From assembly GCF_006345805.1 (NCBI RefSeq), contig NC_043018.1:18662001-18726000 (forward strand): a stretch of DNA of 64,000 nucleotides, given 5' to 3'. The notes under the pieces were generated by a model. That model had not been told where the DNA came from. It searched no databases and saw only the letters and a list, made by a program, of their open reading frames with translations. The DNA comes from Octopus sinensis (Eukaryota). Below, piece after piece: positions 35,852 to 50,695 of this stretch; the stretch's first letter is position 1; each line of letters begins with the position of its first letter. Both the position numbers and the translations under genes were made by a program.

Positions 35852-36504
35852 CTGGAATCAAAGAATAATAAATATATGGAAAAAAAAAAACAAATAACAA
35901 AAGAAAAATAAATGAAAAGAAAAGCTGTTTCATTTATGAGGAAGAATTTTAGTCTCCTAGCATTTTGCATGGCCCATGGTGCTGCCCCTGCCAACCAGTC
36001 AATAAAGGAAGTGAGGAACTCACTAATGTAAAGAAAAATGCTTTTTTTCTTATTCGTTTTGCTTGCTTATCAGAATTCTTGCAGATTTGGAATTTTGACC
36101 TGAAAAATTTAAATGGAATGTTTCCAAAACTGTTTAAACTCTTTTAGTTTCAAATATGAAACTTGGAAAAATAATGAAGTGAGGGATGAAAATTAAAAAG
36201 AATTTAAGGAAAAGTTAAATTTAAATTTAAAATCAGAGCAAAAATTAAGTATTGAAATAATCTGAATTTGAATTCAAATGTATAAATTTATTTTGCGGCT
36301 TAAAAACATTTTTTTCAATTCCAGTTTTGAAAATATTTCCTATTCAAACTATCTGCCCAAATCTCTTCCCTGCTCGAAGATTGGTTTATAGAAATATTTC
36401 TGTTTAACAGTTTCAAACACTGGACTGAAGATCACTAGAATAAAATATGGATGTAGCACCCCTAAAGTTGGCTCAATTACAAAGGGTGGACAGGCCTGAT
36501 ACTT

Positions 36505-36882
36505 GAGCACCTTTTCAAACTCCACCTGTCTAACACCCGTGGACATGTTTACAAAGTCAGAAAACAGCACAACTCCCATGACTTTAGGAAACATTTTTTC
36601 ACGCTGAGAGTTGCTGAAGCATGGAACAAACTGCCAGCATCAGTTGTTAGTTGTCGGAGCACTGCATCCTTCGAAACTTCCATGCTTTCTGAAATTCGCC
36701 AACACTACACCTGATTTTCTCCCCTCCATACACACACAAGCATGTATCTGACTCATACATTGTTCACTTTCCAGACATTTGTAAATTACTGCATATACTT
36801 TATATGCACTTTCTAACAAGTTGTGGTGCACCTGAGTACTGTATACAATAATTTCATTATTATTATTATTATTATTATTGAC
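36505..36882 (+). mobile_element. CR1/L2-clade LINE 3' end (same family as 7140-7875)
   Basis: ttgagcacctttt..aactcca..tgtctaacac...gagagttgctgaagcatggaacaaactgccagcatcagttgttag matches 7527-7680; (ATT)n tail. Confidence 0.88.
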
Positions 36883-37683
36883 CAATTCACCTACTTCCAT
36901 TGAGGTGGACTGGCCTGACAGTCATAAGTACAGGAATGAAATTTGCTTAGCGGGGGTGCAAGCCAAGTTTTTCAGGGGGATGTTCAAAGCATTTTTATAA
37001 CCTCTACCCAACAAAAAAGAAATTTTGGTGGGGGGGCGTGCTTGCAACCCATTCTCAAGCAGATGTTGACAGTTCACTAACTCATGTATTTATAATGAGG
37101 TGGATTGTAGACTGGTCAGGCCATTGACCAACTTAGCTATTTACAAAGGGGTGGTGGGGAGGGAGTAGCCTGATTTGACAATTAACTAATTCAGCTGTTT
37201 GCTGCAATGTCATTATTTGGGTTGATAACTATGTGAAAAAGAATTTTTTTTTTTTTTTTTAATTAAGCGTTCTTAATAAATAGACTGACAGAATGAATGG
37301 GGTTTCGCAGATCAGCAGAACTGAAAGAAAAATAAAATTTTAAAAAATCTCAAGAAACAGAACAATGGCAGATTTGGTGAAATCTAAATGAAAAATATAA
37401 AAAACCAACATAATTATCAGCTTCATTGCTGAAAGACTCACACACACACACATACAGAATCACATATCTATACATAAAACTGCTGCCACTGATATGATCT
37501 TACATATACATACATACATACATTTATATATTTACTTAATACAAAGGAAAAGACAGCCGTACATTAAAAAGAGTTAAATATAATAATAAAATGCATTTTT
37601 ATTATGTATGTGTGGTGGGTATATAAAGTATTTATTTTATTATGAGTGAGTATATACATTCATATATATTTATATACATATAC

Positions 37684-37754
<71 letters not shown>

Positions 37755-37789
37755 TATCTATTTTACTATGTGTGTGTATACATTACATA

Positions 37790-37794
37790 GATAG

Positions 37795-37828
<34 letters not shown>

Positions 37829-37945
37829 AGGAGGTGATAGATAGATAGGTAGATAGACGGATGGACGGATAGATGGATAGACAGACAGACAGATAGATAG
37901 ATAGATAAATAGATAGATAGACAAATAGATAGATTAATAGATAGG

Positions 37946-37992
<47 letters not shown>

Positions 37993-37997
37993 GTAGG

Positions 37998-38044
<47 letters not shown>

Positions 38045-38050
38045 GTAGAC

Positions 38051-38101
<51 letters not shown>

Positions 38102-38150
38102 AAGGCAGGCAGGCAGACAGACAGACAGACGGACGGACGGACGGACGGAC

Positions 38151-38190
<40 letters not shown>
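37790..38190. repeat. Compound (GATA)n/(GACA)n/(GACG)n tetranucleotide repeat
   Basis: Direct reading. Confidence 0.95.
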
Positions 38191-38191
<1 letters not shown>

Positions 38192-38253
38192 TAAGCACGT
38201 GTCTGCAGTATGTGACTATTATTTTAAGTGTGTGAATGCATATGTATGTACAA

Positions 38254-38295
<42 letters not shown>

Positions 38296-38566
38296 AATAT
38301 AATGCATTAAATATGATAATGTGTAGAACATTAGATCTTGACATTACTAATAGTATTCCATTGTGTAGGAATGTGAAAGGATTGCGAATCAGTAAATAGA
38401 AAACCTTTATATTGTGGAAAAGCTATTTTCTGTTCAAATATTTAATTCTATCACAAAATTAAACTATAATTCATTTTCAAGAAGTTATATTATTAGAAAT
38501 CTTTCCAATAATCAAACACCAAAAGGTGATACCAAACCTGAAAAACCATTATCATCATCATCATCA

Positions 38567-38603
<37 letters not shown>

Positions 38604-39819
38604 CATTATTGTTATTAAGATTGAAAGAACAATACCAGACGAGGACCCAGAACTCAATATAAAGTTTCCAAATTAGACCTTCACCTTCTATAGAAGACAG
38701 ACACCACCAGTTTAATAGCATAACTTACAGAGTGTATTTTTGGCAAAACCCACACAACACACACAAAACACAAAATACTATTATCATCCTCATCATCATC
38801 ATCATCACCACCGCCGCCACCACCACCACCACCAACACCATCACCACCATCATCATCATCATCTAATGCCTATCTTCCATGCTGGTACGGCTTGGATGAT
38901 TCAAAAGATTCTGATGAGCTGGAGGACCCTGCTGAGCTCTAATGCACGTTATGGCATGGTTTCTATGGCTGGATGCCCTTCCTAACACCAACCATTTTAC
39001 AGGGTGAATTGGATGTTTTGAGCATGACACCAGCACCGGTCACCAAGCCAAAGTCCCCCTCAACTGTGTCAGGTTCAGGTAAAGAAGGTGGAGTGGCTTT
39101 ATACCAGGTGAGAAGTTAAAGTATGACAGACATAGGAAGGGGAAGAGTTGAATTTGGCTGGATTTGAACTCTAAATACAAAGAGCCATCACTAAATACAA
39201 CATAGAATTTTGTTCAATGTGCTAATGGTTCTGCAAGGTCACCACCCAAATGGTTTCAAATTTTGGCACTGGGCCTGCACTTTTTGAGGTGTGGGGGTAG
39301 TTAATTACATCAACCTCAGTACTTGACTGGTACTTACTTTATCACCTCTGAAAGGATAAAAGGCAACGTCTACCCTGGAATAATTTGAATTCAGAACATA
39401 AAGGCATGAAAATATTGCTAAGAATTTGTTATAATGTGAATCCTCATCCACTTTTATGTTATTATCGGCACTGTAAGATTCTTGTCATCACTATTATCAG
39501 GTTGCGGAGAAAGTTCATGGGCCGTGTTAAAATAATGCTTTTTTCTTATATTTTTGTGGTGTGTATGTTCATTGAGTTCATGTCATGTTCAATGGTAACT
39601 TACTTTGTTCGTCGAAAACGCGCTTTGTTTTGACAAGACACCGCCAGAAAGACCCACAAAAATATTGAAGAATTGGACGGTGTGGAAGTTCTGCCACATC
39701 CAGCCTGCAGTCCAGACATTGCTACGGTCTCTTCCAATCAATGCAGCACTTTATGAAAGGTCACCAATTTGAGTCAATTGATGAAGTTGAAGAAGCCTGT
39801 CAAGCATTTGAGCGAGATC

Positions 39820-40075
39820 ATTGCTAGTGCCGCTGGTTAGACTCCTGTGCAGGTAGCACGTAAAAAAAACACCATTTCAAGCATGGCCATTGCCAGTACT
39901 GCCAAACTGGCGCTCGTGCAGGTGGCACATAAAAGCACCTACTACACTCTCAGAGTGGTTAGCATTAGGAAGGGCATCTGCCAGATCAGATTGGAGCCTG
40001 GGTTGCCAGTCCTCAGTCAAATCGTCCAACCCATGCTAGCATGAAAAGCGGAAGATAAAGGATGATGATGATGAT
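39820..40075 (+). mobile_element. Family C retroposon, short copy
   Basis: Two internal subunits plus the 3' end and (GAT)n. Confidence 0.75.
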
Positions 40076-41157
40076 GGTGATCTGACCTACTTAAAAATGG
40101 AAGAACACATTGAATATTGTAATCATACATACACTGTGCCGAAAATGAAAAGATAGAATAGCCGTGAGTGGAATGTTTTTTGCCATAAATCTTCTCAGTT
40201 AGAGCCATCTCGGGGCTAAATACTACAACAACACAACAACAATTAGCTCATTGTGGAACATCTTTGATCATAGCTCTACTCAATCAAAGATGGCTTGGCG
40301 CTAAACAACAACAACAACAACAGCAACGCCTGAGTGACAAAAGGAGAGTGACAGTTAAAGTCTTGTCTGCAGATTAATTAATATTAGATATAAGCTGCTA
40401 ATTAATAAAGAGTGATAACGCTGCACTCTCAAGTTCAACATCCTTTGTTATTACAAGTCTCATCAGTAAAATACATCCATAAAATGCTGCATTGTCTTTG
40501 ACTCAATTAAGCTGTTGTTCAATAGAGCTGTTCCACTCATGACCACTCCTACAAAACTATTGACTGATGTTAGCAGATTATCAAAACCGATTTAGTTTGG
40601 CTTGTCAAAATGCTTCATTAGTAAATGGTTAAGTGACAATTTTAGCCAGTCACACACAAACACATGCACACACAAACACACACACACAGATTTTCATCTA
40701 CAGTAAATGGTCTGATTGCATCTTCCTTGGTGATCAGTTCCGGTCAGCCAATTTGGTTGGCTAAAATTAACTAAACACCTCACAGTCTTCACCTGTCAGA
40801 ACTGCTAATAAGTTTTAAGGCAGCTCTGACCAACATCACAACTTATCTGTAAAACTTTACACAGTGTGCCTCTAACAGGATGTGAACTATTCATACTTCA
40901 CCTGTTTGCTTGACATCCTATCAACGCCACTAACTTTAACACACACCACACACACACAAACAGGTAAATAGTTATTCCAAATTTACAAGAAGCGGCATTA
41001 CCAAAGAAGCAGCAGCAGCAATCTGGCAATGTTCCTTCATTAGTTTGGTATCATTCTCAAGAATTAAATGAAATTCACATTGAGCCAACAAGAAACATTA
41101 ATGTCTAAGGTTTAGAAAAGGTTTGTAGTGATTTAAAAAAAATATATATTTCTTAAT

Positions 41158-41510
41158 AGGTGGAGACGTGGCGATGTGGAAAGAAGCTTGCTTCCCAACC
41201 GCATGATTCCAGATTCAATCCCAGTGCAGGGCACCTGGGCAAACGTGTCTTCTACTACAGCCTTGGGCCATCAAAGCCTTGTGAGTGGATTTGGTAGACA
41301 GAAACTGAAAGAGCCGCATCATATATATTTGTCTTTATTCCCGACAACTGGTGCTGGTCTGTTTACATTTGCGTAACTTAGGGGTTTGGCAAAAGAGATG
41401 AACAGAAAAAGAACTAGGCTTAACAAAAACAATAAATCCTGGGGTCGGTTCATTCAACTAAAGAAACTGTTCAAGGTGGTGCCCCAGCATGGCCACAAGT
41501 AAAAAAAAAA
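41158..41510 (+). mobile_element. SINE family B (diverged)
   Basis: Head gtggaaagaagcttgcttcccaacc, core gtgagtggatttggtagacagaaactgaaag, tail gccccagcatggccac. Confidence 0.75.
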
Positions 41511-42029
41511 TGAAAATAAAAGGTTTTAGAAAAGAGGAAACAGCTTAGCTTCAAATGCCCAACGCAGAGACTATCACTGAAAAGGTTAAATTACACCAAA
41601 ATACCAGTGTCTGGTAGTCTGCTGATGTCACAGGAGATTCAGCTCTAAGTGCTTTCTATATACAAAAACTAAAGAGAGAAAAATCTTACAGTTACTACTT
41701 CTGACATTCTTGTGTACATAAGCATATTAAAAATTTATGGATATATAATTTATGCAAATATTTATACATGTAGATAGATTTCTATGCAAATCTGTTTTAG
41801 AATAGATATTTTTCATTTTTTTTTTTTTGTTATTGTTATTTTCCATTTTCCAAATCCCTCCTGTAGGCAAAGACCTAGACAAAAGGTTCCTTCATTAGAA
41901 TTTAGACAACAAAAACTTGTAATCACACATGTTTAGATATATATCTATGTGGGTGTGTGTATGTATATAATATATATATATATATATATCATATATATAT
42001 AATGTATATATATAATATATAAAGTTAAT

Positions 42030-42230
42030 CCAAACAGAAACACAAAAGCAAAAACACAACAACGCGAGGATGTGGAACAAATAAAGTATTATTGGACACT
42101 CAGGAAAGAAGGAAGAAGGAGGGTTTTAATGTTCGAGCGGAGCTCTTCGTTGGAAACATAGGAGAAGGAAAGATTCAGAGAAGGGAAACGGAGGAAAAAA
42201 ATCGCCAGTGTACTCACGAGGTCACATCTA
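42030..42230 (-). mobile_element. Penelope-like terminal-repeat relic with a degenerate hammerhead layout
   Basis: Paralog of 2700-2900. The minus strand reads gtttccaacgaagagctccgctcgaacattaaaac. Confidence 0.4.
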
Positions 42231-42258
42231 TATATATATATATATTATATCTATATAT

Positions 42259-42301
<43 letters not shown>

Positions 42302-44852
42302 CACAGACATCTATGCAAATATATATATATATAAATACATATATCTATAAGGAGGTGACAGCATACGCGTATGTGTGTGTGTGTCTGTATTTGTGAGTTT
42401 TAATATATGTATGCATGTAAGATTTTATGTGTGTATGCATTCACATTTGTATGTGCGTGTGTGCACATCTATGTATACCTGTATATGTATGTTTGCATGT
42501 ATGCATTTGTGTGGATGTGTGTATAAATTTACGCATATTGAGGATAATGACAAGATTGTATGCAAGTATGTATGTGCATATATACATACACGTGTATGTA
42601 CAATTGTGTGTGTGTATGTATATATCATTCTATGTATATATGTATGCATTTCTATGTATAGAGAAAATGTGTGTATCTATGTATGTGAATCATGGTATAT
42701 ACACACACACACACACAACACATATATATATATATATATAGATATATATATACATATATACATATATATATACATATAAACATATATATACATATATAAT
42801 ATAAACATATATATAATTATATATATATATATATATATATATAACATAACCACATATACATACATATATGCATATATACTATATATATACACCATGTTTA
42901 TACGCATATATATATATATATATATGCATATATATATATTATATATATATATATATTACATACATATACACACACACACACACACATATATATATATCGT
43001 CTTTTGTTTATCTGTAAAATTCAACTATATATATATGTATATATATATACACACACACATACACACATGCATATATATGTCGCAGACTATACTTTGAACA
43101 TTTTTGTATATTTTTGGAATAATTCCATTAGCGGCTTTATAATTTGGTGAATTAGTTTTATGCTTAAAGGATTCCGAGGCCTAGATTTTCAAATTGGTAA
43201 ATTGGTACACTGGTACTAAATGAACTAATCGCGGAAACACAACAATCACCCCCACCTCTCTCTCTCTCTCTCTCTCTGTAGAATCTTTTGTATTTCTCAT
43301 CAGCTTCTTTACTTCTTACTGTTTGTTTATTTCACTCACTGAACTACGGTCATGCTGGAGCAACATCCCGAAGAGGTTAGCTGAATGAATCAACCCTGCT
43401 GCCTATTTTCTGTTTAAGAGCCTGGTATTTATTTATTCAACCAGACACTTTTGCCAAACCTCAAGGTTATACGGATGTAAACAAACCAACAACAGTTGGT
43501 GAGAGGTTGTGGGGGATAAACACATACACAATTACAAACACACACACACTTAGACATATATATATATATACATTATATGGTGGGCTTGTCACCCTGAAGC
43601 TATAGTTGAAGGCACTTGCCCAAGGTGCCATGCAGTGGACTGAACCTGGAACAACTGGAAAGCACACCCCGTTTATTCATTATATTCGCCATAAAGGCCT
43701 TACATAGAAGGGAAGCTATGGGCTGGACATAATGTTATGAAATGACAAATGAAAAATGATGAAAAATGAGGGCAAAAAGTAATGCCCGCTGATTGCTGCT
43801 TACCCGAGGACATTGCTCTTTTATATTTCAATTATGAGGCAACAAACCTCTTACATTTTTCACAATTCAATAATAAAAATGAGGCACTAAGCCTCTTACC
43901 TTTATTATCAATTATAAACTTTCATGCCCAACCAAGCTCCTAGCCTCATTCGAGCACCTGGACAGTGCCAAGTCAGGCCATTTTAAAATAAATCTACAGG
44001 TGTCCTCAGGGAAGGTGTCCATCACTCTGCACAAATTGGTTTCCTATATGACCTCCACAGCCACCTGCGAAGGCCAATCAGGGACCTCAGTGCAGGATAG
44101 AATCCCTTCCCTCTGGCCTTTCTTTTTAAACTTCTTAAACAAAATTTCCAACAACCCTCCCTTATGGAAGTGGATCACAAATTCCTCATCCTTAGCAGGG
44201 AAGGGCCTACAGTTTGTACCTTCAGTTGCACAACTCCCACCAAAGGTGCTTCAGGACATGCCAGCAGTGTGTCACAAACCACCAGCAATGTCCCGTTTTC
44301 CTTCTCTATATCTATTTTGTCTTTTAAGCTTATTCTTCAAGTTACAGGAATACTTCACAGACTTCTGATTCCCACAGAAGTTCATGTTGTTCCTCCTTTG
44401 TCTCTGACAACATCTAAGTCTTCATTTTGTCCCTTGTTTTACATACCACTGATGCCTTGGTGGGTGCCATTCACTATTATCCCCAAATACTCATGATGGG
44501 CATCGACCAAAGCCTTCGGAATGAATTTGGTAGATGGAAACAGAAAGAGCAGTTTCTATCTTTTATCTTTTGCTTGTTTCCTTTGTTGGACTGTGGCCAT
44601 ACTGGAGCACTGCTTTGAAAGGCTTAGCTGAATTGATGCCTGTACTTAATTTTTTTCTAATTCTGGTATTTATTCTATAGGGTCTCTTTGGCCAAATTGC
44701 TAAGTTATAGGGATGAAAACAAACTAACACCAGTTATCAAGCAGTGGAGCTTGAGACAAACACAAAGATGCACACACACACCTAGACTCTAGCCATGTTG
44801 GGCCACCACCCCATAAATATTATATATATATATATATAATATATATATATAT

Positions 44853-46045
44853 ATTCTTTTTCTTTTACTTGTTTAATTAGTCATTTGAGAAGAGAGAAAG
44901 AGAGAGAGAAAGCGAGAAGGCAGACAGACATATAGAAAAATAATGAGCTTCTACAACAATTTCTGTCCTACCCCATTCACTCATATGGCACTTGTTTGGT
45001 CTGTGATTACAGTGAAAGAGACTTGTTCAAGACGCCACTCCATGGGATTGACCCAAACCACATGCTTGCCTTTAGCACACTGTAGGTGCATCATGTCCTA
45101 TATGAGTTTTTTTCCTTGTAGTACCAGGGCAGAGGCAGGAGAAACAATTCTACAGAAAATACAGTGTGCTAAAAGTTAAAGGTCCCAAGTAGGGCTCATA
45201 CAATGTTGTATGTAAGATTGGCTAAAGGATGGGGGCAGGACTTGTAAAGGTTTGTACAACCTTTTGCCTTCCTTTATTTTTATAAATGCTGCAGACATGT
45301 ATGATGTATGTGTGTATGTGTGTGTGTATTTCATAGTATTTTGTTGTGTGTGTGTATGTGTGTGTCAGTTTTGCTACGTTTGATAATATTTGGCCAGCGA
45401 GTAACGCAGATGGTGGAGACAGCAAACGTATCTTGTAGCCTGTTGTTCCTTTAGAGACTGTCTTGTCGATGGTTCATGTAAAGTCGGAGTCATTGTGCAG
45501 CAGCTCAGTGTGGGGTGTGGGGAAGGACGTAGACGTTGAGGTCGTTTGTACAAGAGACTGCAAGGAATGGGTAGGAGGGGGGAGGAACTGATAATTCTTT
45601 GCCATGTGAGTGACTTTGTTCATGGATATTAACTTGATTCAGCTAATGCCATCCGACTTGGTACATTTTTCCCCACTGAGAACCTGATACAATCTTCACA
45701 AAACCACCACACACACACACACACAACACAACGTGCGTGTATATATGATGTGAAATCTAGTTGTGTTTGTTATTCTTTTTTTTTTTTTTTTCCATATTCC
45801 ATTTCCAAAGTGTCTCCGAACCAATGATCTTCCACAAATGAACAATGTCTTTTTCAGTTTTACAAATGTAAGATGATATTTCGGTGCTGGGTTTTACATG
45901 TGCATACAATATTGTATTGATGTATATATATGCTGTGTGTATATATATATATATTTGTATATTGTATATATGTAATATATATATGTATATATATATATGT
46001 ATGTTATATATATATAAATATAATATATATATATATATGTATGTG

Positions 46046-46117
<72 letters not shown>

Positions 46118-47283
46118 TTTATTCTTTTACTTGTTTTAGTCATTTGAGAAAGAGAGAAGAGAGAGAGAAAGCGAGAAAGGCAGACAGACATATAGATAAA
46201 ATATATGAGCTTCTACACAATTTCTGTCCTACCCAATTCACTCATATGGCACTTGTTGGTCTGTGATTACAGTAGAAGAGACTTGTTCAAGACGCCACTC
46301 CATGGGATTGAACCCAAAACCACATGCTTGCCTTTAGCACACTGTAGGTGCATCATGTCACTATATGAGTTTTTTTCCTTGTAGTACCAGGGCAGAGGCA
46401 GGAGAAACAATTCTACAGAAAATACAGTGTGCTAAAAGTTAAAGGTCCCAAGTAGGGCTCATACAATGTTGTATGTAAGATTGGCTAAAGGATGGGGGCA
46501 GGACTTGTAAAGGTTTGTACACCTTTTGCCTTCCTTTATTTTTATAAATGCTGCAGACATGTATGATGTATGTTGTGTATGTGTGTGTGTATTTCATAGT
46601 ATTTTGTTGTGTGTGTGTATGGTGTGTCAGTTTTGCTACACGTTTGATAATATTTGGCCAGCGAGTAACGCAGATGGTGGAGACAGCAAACGTTATCTTG
46701 TAGCCTGTTGTTCCTTTAGAGACTGTCTTGTCGATGGTTCATGTAAAGTCGGAGTCATTGTGCAGCAGCTCAGTGTGGGGTGTGGTGGAAGGACGTAGAC
46801 GTTGAGGTCGTTTGTACAGAGACTGCAAGGGAATTGGAGGAGGAGGGGGAGGAACTGATAATTCTTTGCCATGTGAGTGACTTTGTTCAGGATATTAACT
46901 TTGATTCAGCTAATGCCAGCCGACTTGGTACATTTATTTCCCCACTGAGAACCTGATACATCTTCACAAAACCACCACACACACACACACACACACACAC
47001 TGCGTGTATATATGATGTGAAATCTAGTTTGTTTTTTGTTATTCTTTTTTTTTTTTTTTTCCATATTCCATTTCCAAAGTGTCTCCGAACCAATGATCTT
47101 CCACAAATGAACAATGTCTTTTTCCAGTTTTACAATGTAAGATGATATTTCGGTGCTGGGTTTTACATGTGCATACAATATTGTATTGATGTATATTATA
47201 TGCTGTGTTGTATATATATATATATATAGGTATATATGTCATAATGTATATAGTATATGTTATATATATATATGTATGTGTAT

Positions 47284-47314
<31 letters not shown>

Positions 47315-47321
47315 GTATGTG

Positions 47322-47370
<49 letters not shown>
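44853..47370. repeat. ~1.26-kb tandem duplication, likely an assembly artefact
   Basis: 44853-~46075 is repeated at 46113-~47370. Differences are mostly single-base indels; it ends ~440 bp before the N gap. Confidence 0.85.
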
Positions 47371-47376
<6 letters not shown>

Positions 47377-47812
47377 TAATTTATGTATGTATGTACGTAT
47401 ACACACATGTGTAGGTAATGTGTATGGTGTGGTTTGATCTGTGTTTTTGATGTGTAGATTACTGCATTTATATATGTATCTACTGAGTGTGTGTGTGTGT
47501 GTGTGTGTGGTGTGTGTGCATGCATTTGGTGTATATGTGTGATTACTACATTTATGTATATTTATGCATGTTTGTATATATTATGTATTATGTATGTATG
47601 TATGCATGCATGCATGCATCGCATGTATGTATGATTCTATGTATGTATGTAGTTGTATTATGTATATACTGTGTAATGTGTGTATCTTTAGGTAGAGTAG
47701 ATTACTGCTATTGAATACACAGTGTAGAGGAAAATGATAACTTGAGACTTTGAGAAAATATGGTTATTAGCTGAACAAAGAAGGGTTACAGTTCTATAAA
47801 AAATGATATATT

Positions 47813-47912
47813 NNNNNNNNNNNNNNNNNNNNNNNNNNNNNNNNNNNNNNNNNNNNNNNNNNNNNNNNNNNNNNNNNNNNNNNNNNNNNNNNNNNNNNNN
47901 NNNNNNNNNNNN
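47813..47912. other. Assembly gap (100 N)
   Basis: Run of exactly 100 n. Confidence 1.
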
Positions 47913-48060
47913 CTGTGAGGGAATATACATTATGTTAAGAAGTGTTCAATAAGCCATGAGGTCATGGAAATGGAACCCAATCTTTATATATTTCTAACTA
48001 AAAACCCTATTTGCATATAGTACATATTGGTTGAGTCAGTCTGGTAAAAACCATTAGCCA

Positions 48061-48106
<46 letters not shown>

Positions 48107-49719
48107 GGAGTAAACACAGAAATGTGAAACAAGGTGGAAAAAAAGAGTACTCAAATACCAGTGGTAGAGTAATATGCTTTATTTAAAGCACCAGAAAATT
48201 CAACAAAACCTGTTACTCTAAGTTTCCACAAGACACATGCAGAGCTGCACTGTAACAAAATGATATAGTAGAAAATTAAAAAGTACTTTAACTGTATATT
48301 GTAGCAAGGTACCCCAGCACGGTACCCTGTATAATTACATGCAGGTGAATGATCACAGGTACATGCTTTGAAATGTAGTACAATTCAGCTCAGGCACAAA
48401 AGTTATACAATTATAGAATGTTAATGAAGGGGGTAAAAATAGAACAACAGGAGACAAAAGATAATTAAACACAACCAAAGTTTTAGAAGATCATCCATTC
48501 GGAATGTGAGTAGAGTTAGGAAAGAGAGAGCAGATGTTCTAAAAATGATTGTTTTCTTGCTTCTAAGAATCGGTATTTCAATTCCTGAAAATAGAGGAAT
48601 AAATAGTTTGGTAGCAGCGGGACTTGTATGGTCCGTGATGTGTTGAGTGCAAGAGCTAAGCGGGGTGAGAGGGGTTCTAAATGACGTATAAGTGGTAAGA
48701 ATTTGATGGAATTGTTCCCTGTGTCGCTGTAGAACTGTAATGAACGACACCGATTCCTTATGATGGAAATAAAGGTTCTTGACTGAAAGTGGGATCAAAG
48801 AAAATAACCAATTAAAAAGCAGTTCAAAAATTAGAAATACAAAAGATGGTTAATTACTTTGGAAAATTCTGATTACTTGATAGAAAAATGTAATTAATTC
48901 CATAAATGATCAAAATAAAAAGGGAAAAAATTATAAGGCCAGCCATGATTTTGGTAGGAAGCAATAAGGAAAAATGAGGAATTTTAGCATTTCTTTCTGC
49001 ACAGATGGCGGGAAGGGTGGGGGAGAAAATGATGGAGAGAATTTGGAAATCTGTTTTGGCTGGAATTAGTGAAGAGGGGGGAATTTTTTTTAAATATTTA
49101 ACAATTAAAAATTCAATTTCTCTGCCATTATAAATGCAAGAGAGAGCAACAACAGCTTTCAAATGAAACGTTGCTATTTTTGTAACAAAGAGGATTCACA
49201 TGAATGTTTTATGCTGTTGTTGTTGTTGTTGCTGCTGTTGTAATGACTGAACTGAGATGCTTTAACTGCTAGATATAGCAGCCAAAAATATTCCTCACAA
49301 TACATTTAACTGTTTATGAAAAAAGAAGAAAGGACACATTAGATGATGTAACACTAGACACCCCTCAAACACAGGATGGCCATGGATGGACATGCCTTTA
49401 ATCACAATTCTAACCAATCAGAGCTGACATGATACTAAATGACAACAACAACAAAACAAAACTGATCCTGCATTTTAAAAAAACTGGAATGTCTTTCATC
49501 ATAGGTCTACTGGATCCAGGCTGGCCTGGGGCTAAACAATAATAACAATTCTCTTTATCATCATCATCTTCTTGACTCACCATCACAATCACAACCACCA
49601 TCAATCATCACTGTCACCATCACCATCATCATCATCATCGTCATTATCAACATTGATGTGAACACTACTATCATCATCATCATCATCATCATCATTGTCA
49701 TTATTGTCATCACAACCAA

Positions 49720-50690
49720 CTGCTTGAGTGGATGCTGAGACACTGCATCACTTGTTACTCTTCCAAGCCATTGTCCAGCAAAAGGCATTAGATTTGTTTA
49801 ATCAATTGAAACAAGGAAACTGAGGGACTTGCTCAAGTGCTTGTTGCTTCTTGTGGTCAGTATAGAAAGTTCAAGAAATCATTTAGTCTCTATGATGTTG
49901 GGGTGTCAGGAGAATTAACAAGTCGCAACATAGAAGATCTATTGGAGTTTCCAACACATTTTTTGAAGAATATTAGAGAAAGAGATAAACATCCAACAAA
50001 TGAAGAACTCTGGATTATTTTGGAAATATTTAACCTCTACAGAGTTCTATTTCCAAAGAGGTAGCCACCAGATCACTTTCTGTTCTTATTAGAATCGAAT
50101 GCCACTGGAGATTTGAAACTTAAACCATGGCTAGTTTACCATTCTGTTACTCCAAGAGCAATGAAAGGCATCTCTGTCATATAGATGTCTTACAGATAAG
50201 TTTGGATTACAATGGAATTGTTTATAGAATGGTTCAATGAACATTTCTATGATGCTGGCAAATATTGCTGTGAGAACTCCAAGCCAAAGGCAGTTCTGCT
50301 TTTGGACAGCAAATCTTGATTAACTCCAAATTTGTCTCTGTTTGAAGTAATTCCCATTCTGCCAAACCTAACTTTACTACAGATTAGGGAATTATTTCCA
50401 TTTTAAAGAATATCATTATTATCTTAGAAGACTGTGAGTTAGTTAATTACAATATCCAGGAAAGCATTCTGGAAAATTTTGTTATGTTAGCAATAAGAAA
50501 TTAGGATTTGTGAGGAATTGTATCCAAATGTTGTGAATAAAGACTAAAGGATAAAGAATGAAAATTAGTAATCAGTCTTGTACAAATGGCACAGGAAGTA
50601 CAATTCAAAGATTTGTTGAAAGTGGTACGATTGCAACATAGAAGATGCATATTAGCCATTTGGAAACACACACAAAGACTGTTAACTTCA
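49720..50690 (+). mobile_element. Tigger/pogo transposase remnant (decayed)
   Basis: 50071-50310 gives DHFLFLLESNATGDLKLKPWLVYHSVTPRAMKG and WITMELFIEWFNEHF...KYC...KAVLLLD. These resemble recalled Tigger1 GANAAGDFKLKPMLIYHSENPRALK...WMT..LF..WF...ILLLIDN. Confidence 0.85.
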
Positions 50691-50695
50691 CTTAA

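Noticed and set aside
41598-41648. Possible minus-strand micro-exon KALRAESPVTSADYQTL
   Set aside because: Weak donor (GTATTT), no homology, and phase 0 is incompatible with the phase-1 start of the 35851 exon.
43980-44460. Two overlapping >100-aa ORFs in GC-richer sequence
   Set aside because: No recognisable domain on either strand; possibly an old LINE fragment, but I cannot assign it.
45380-45700. GC-richer block in the duplicated unit as a hidden exon
   Set aside because: All frames are interrupted in both copies and no motif was recognised. It could be revisited after polishing.
48421-48798. 125-aa minus-strand ORF after a plausible acceptor as an upstream INPP5F exon
   Set aside because: Neither open frame resembles INPP5F or any family I recognise; no clear donor.
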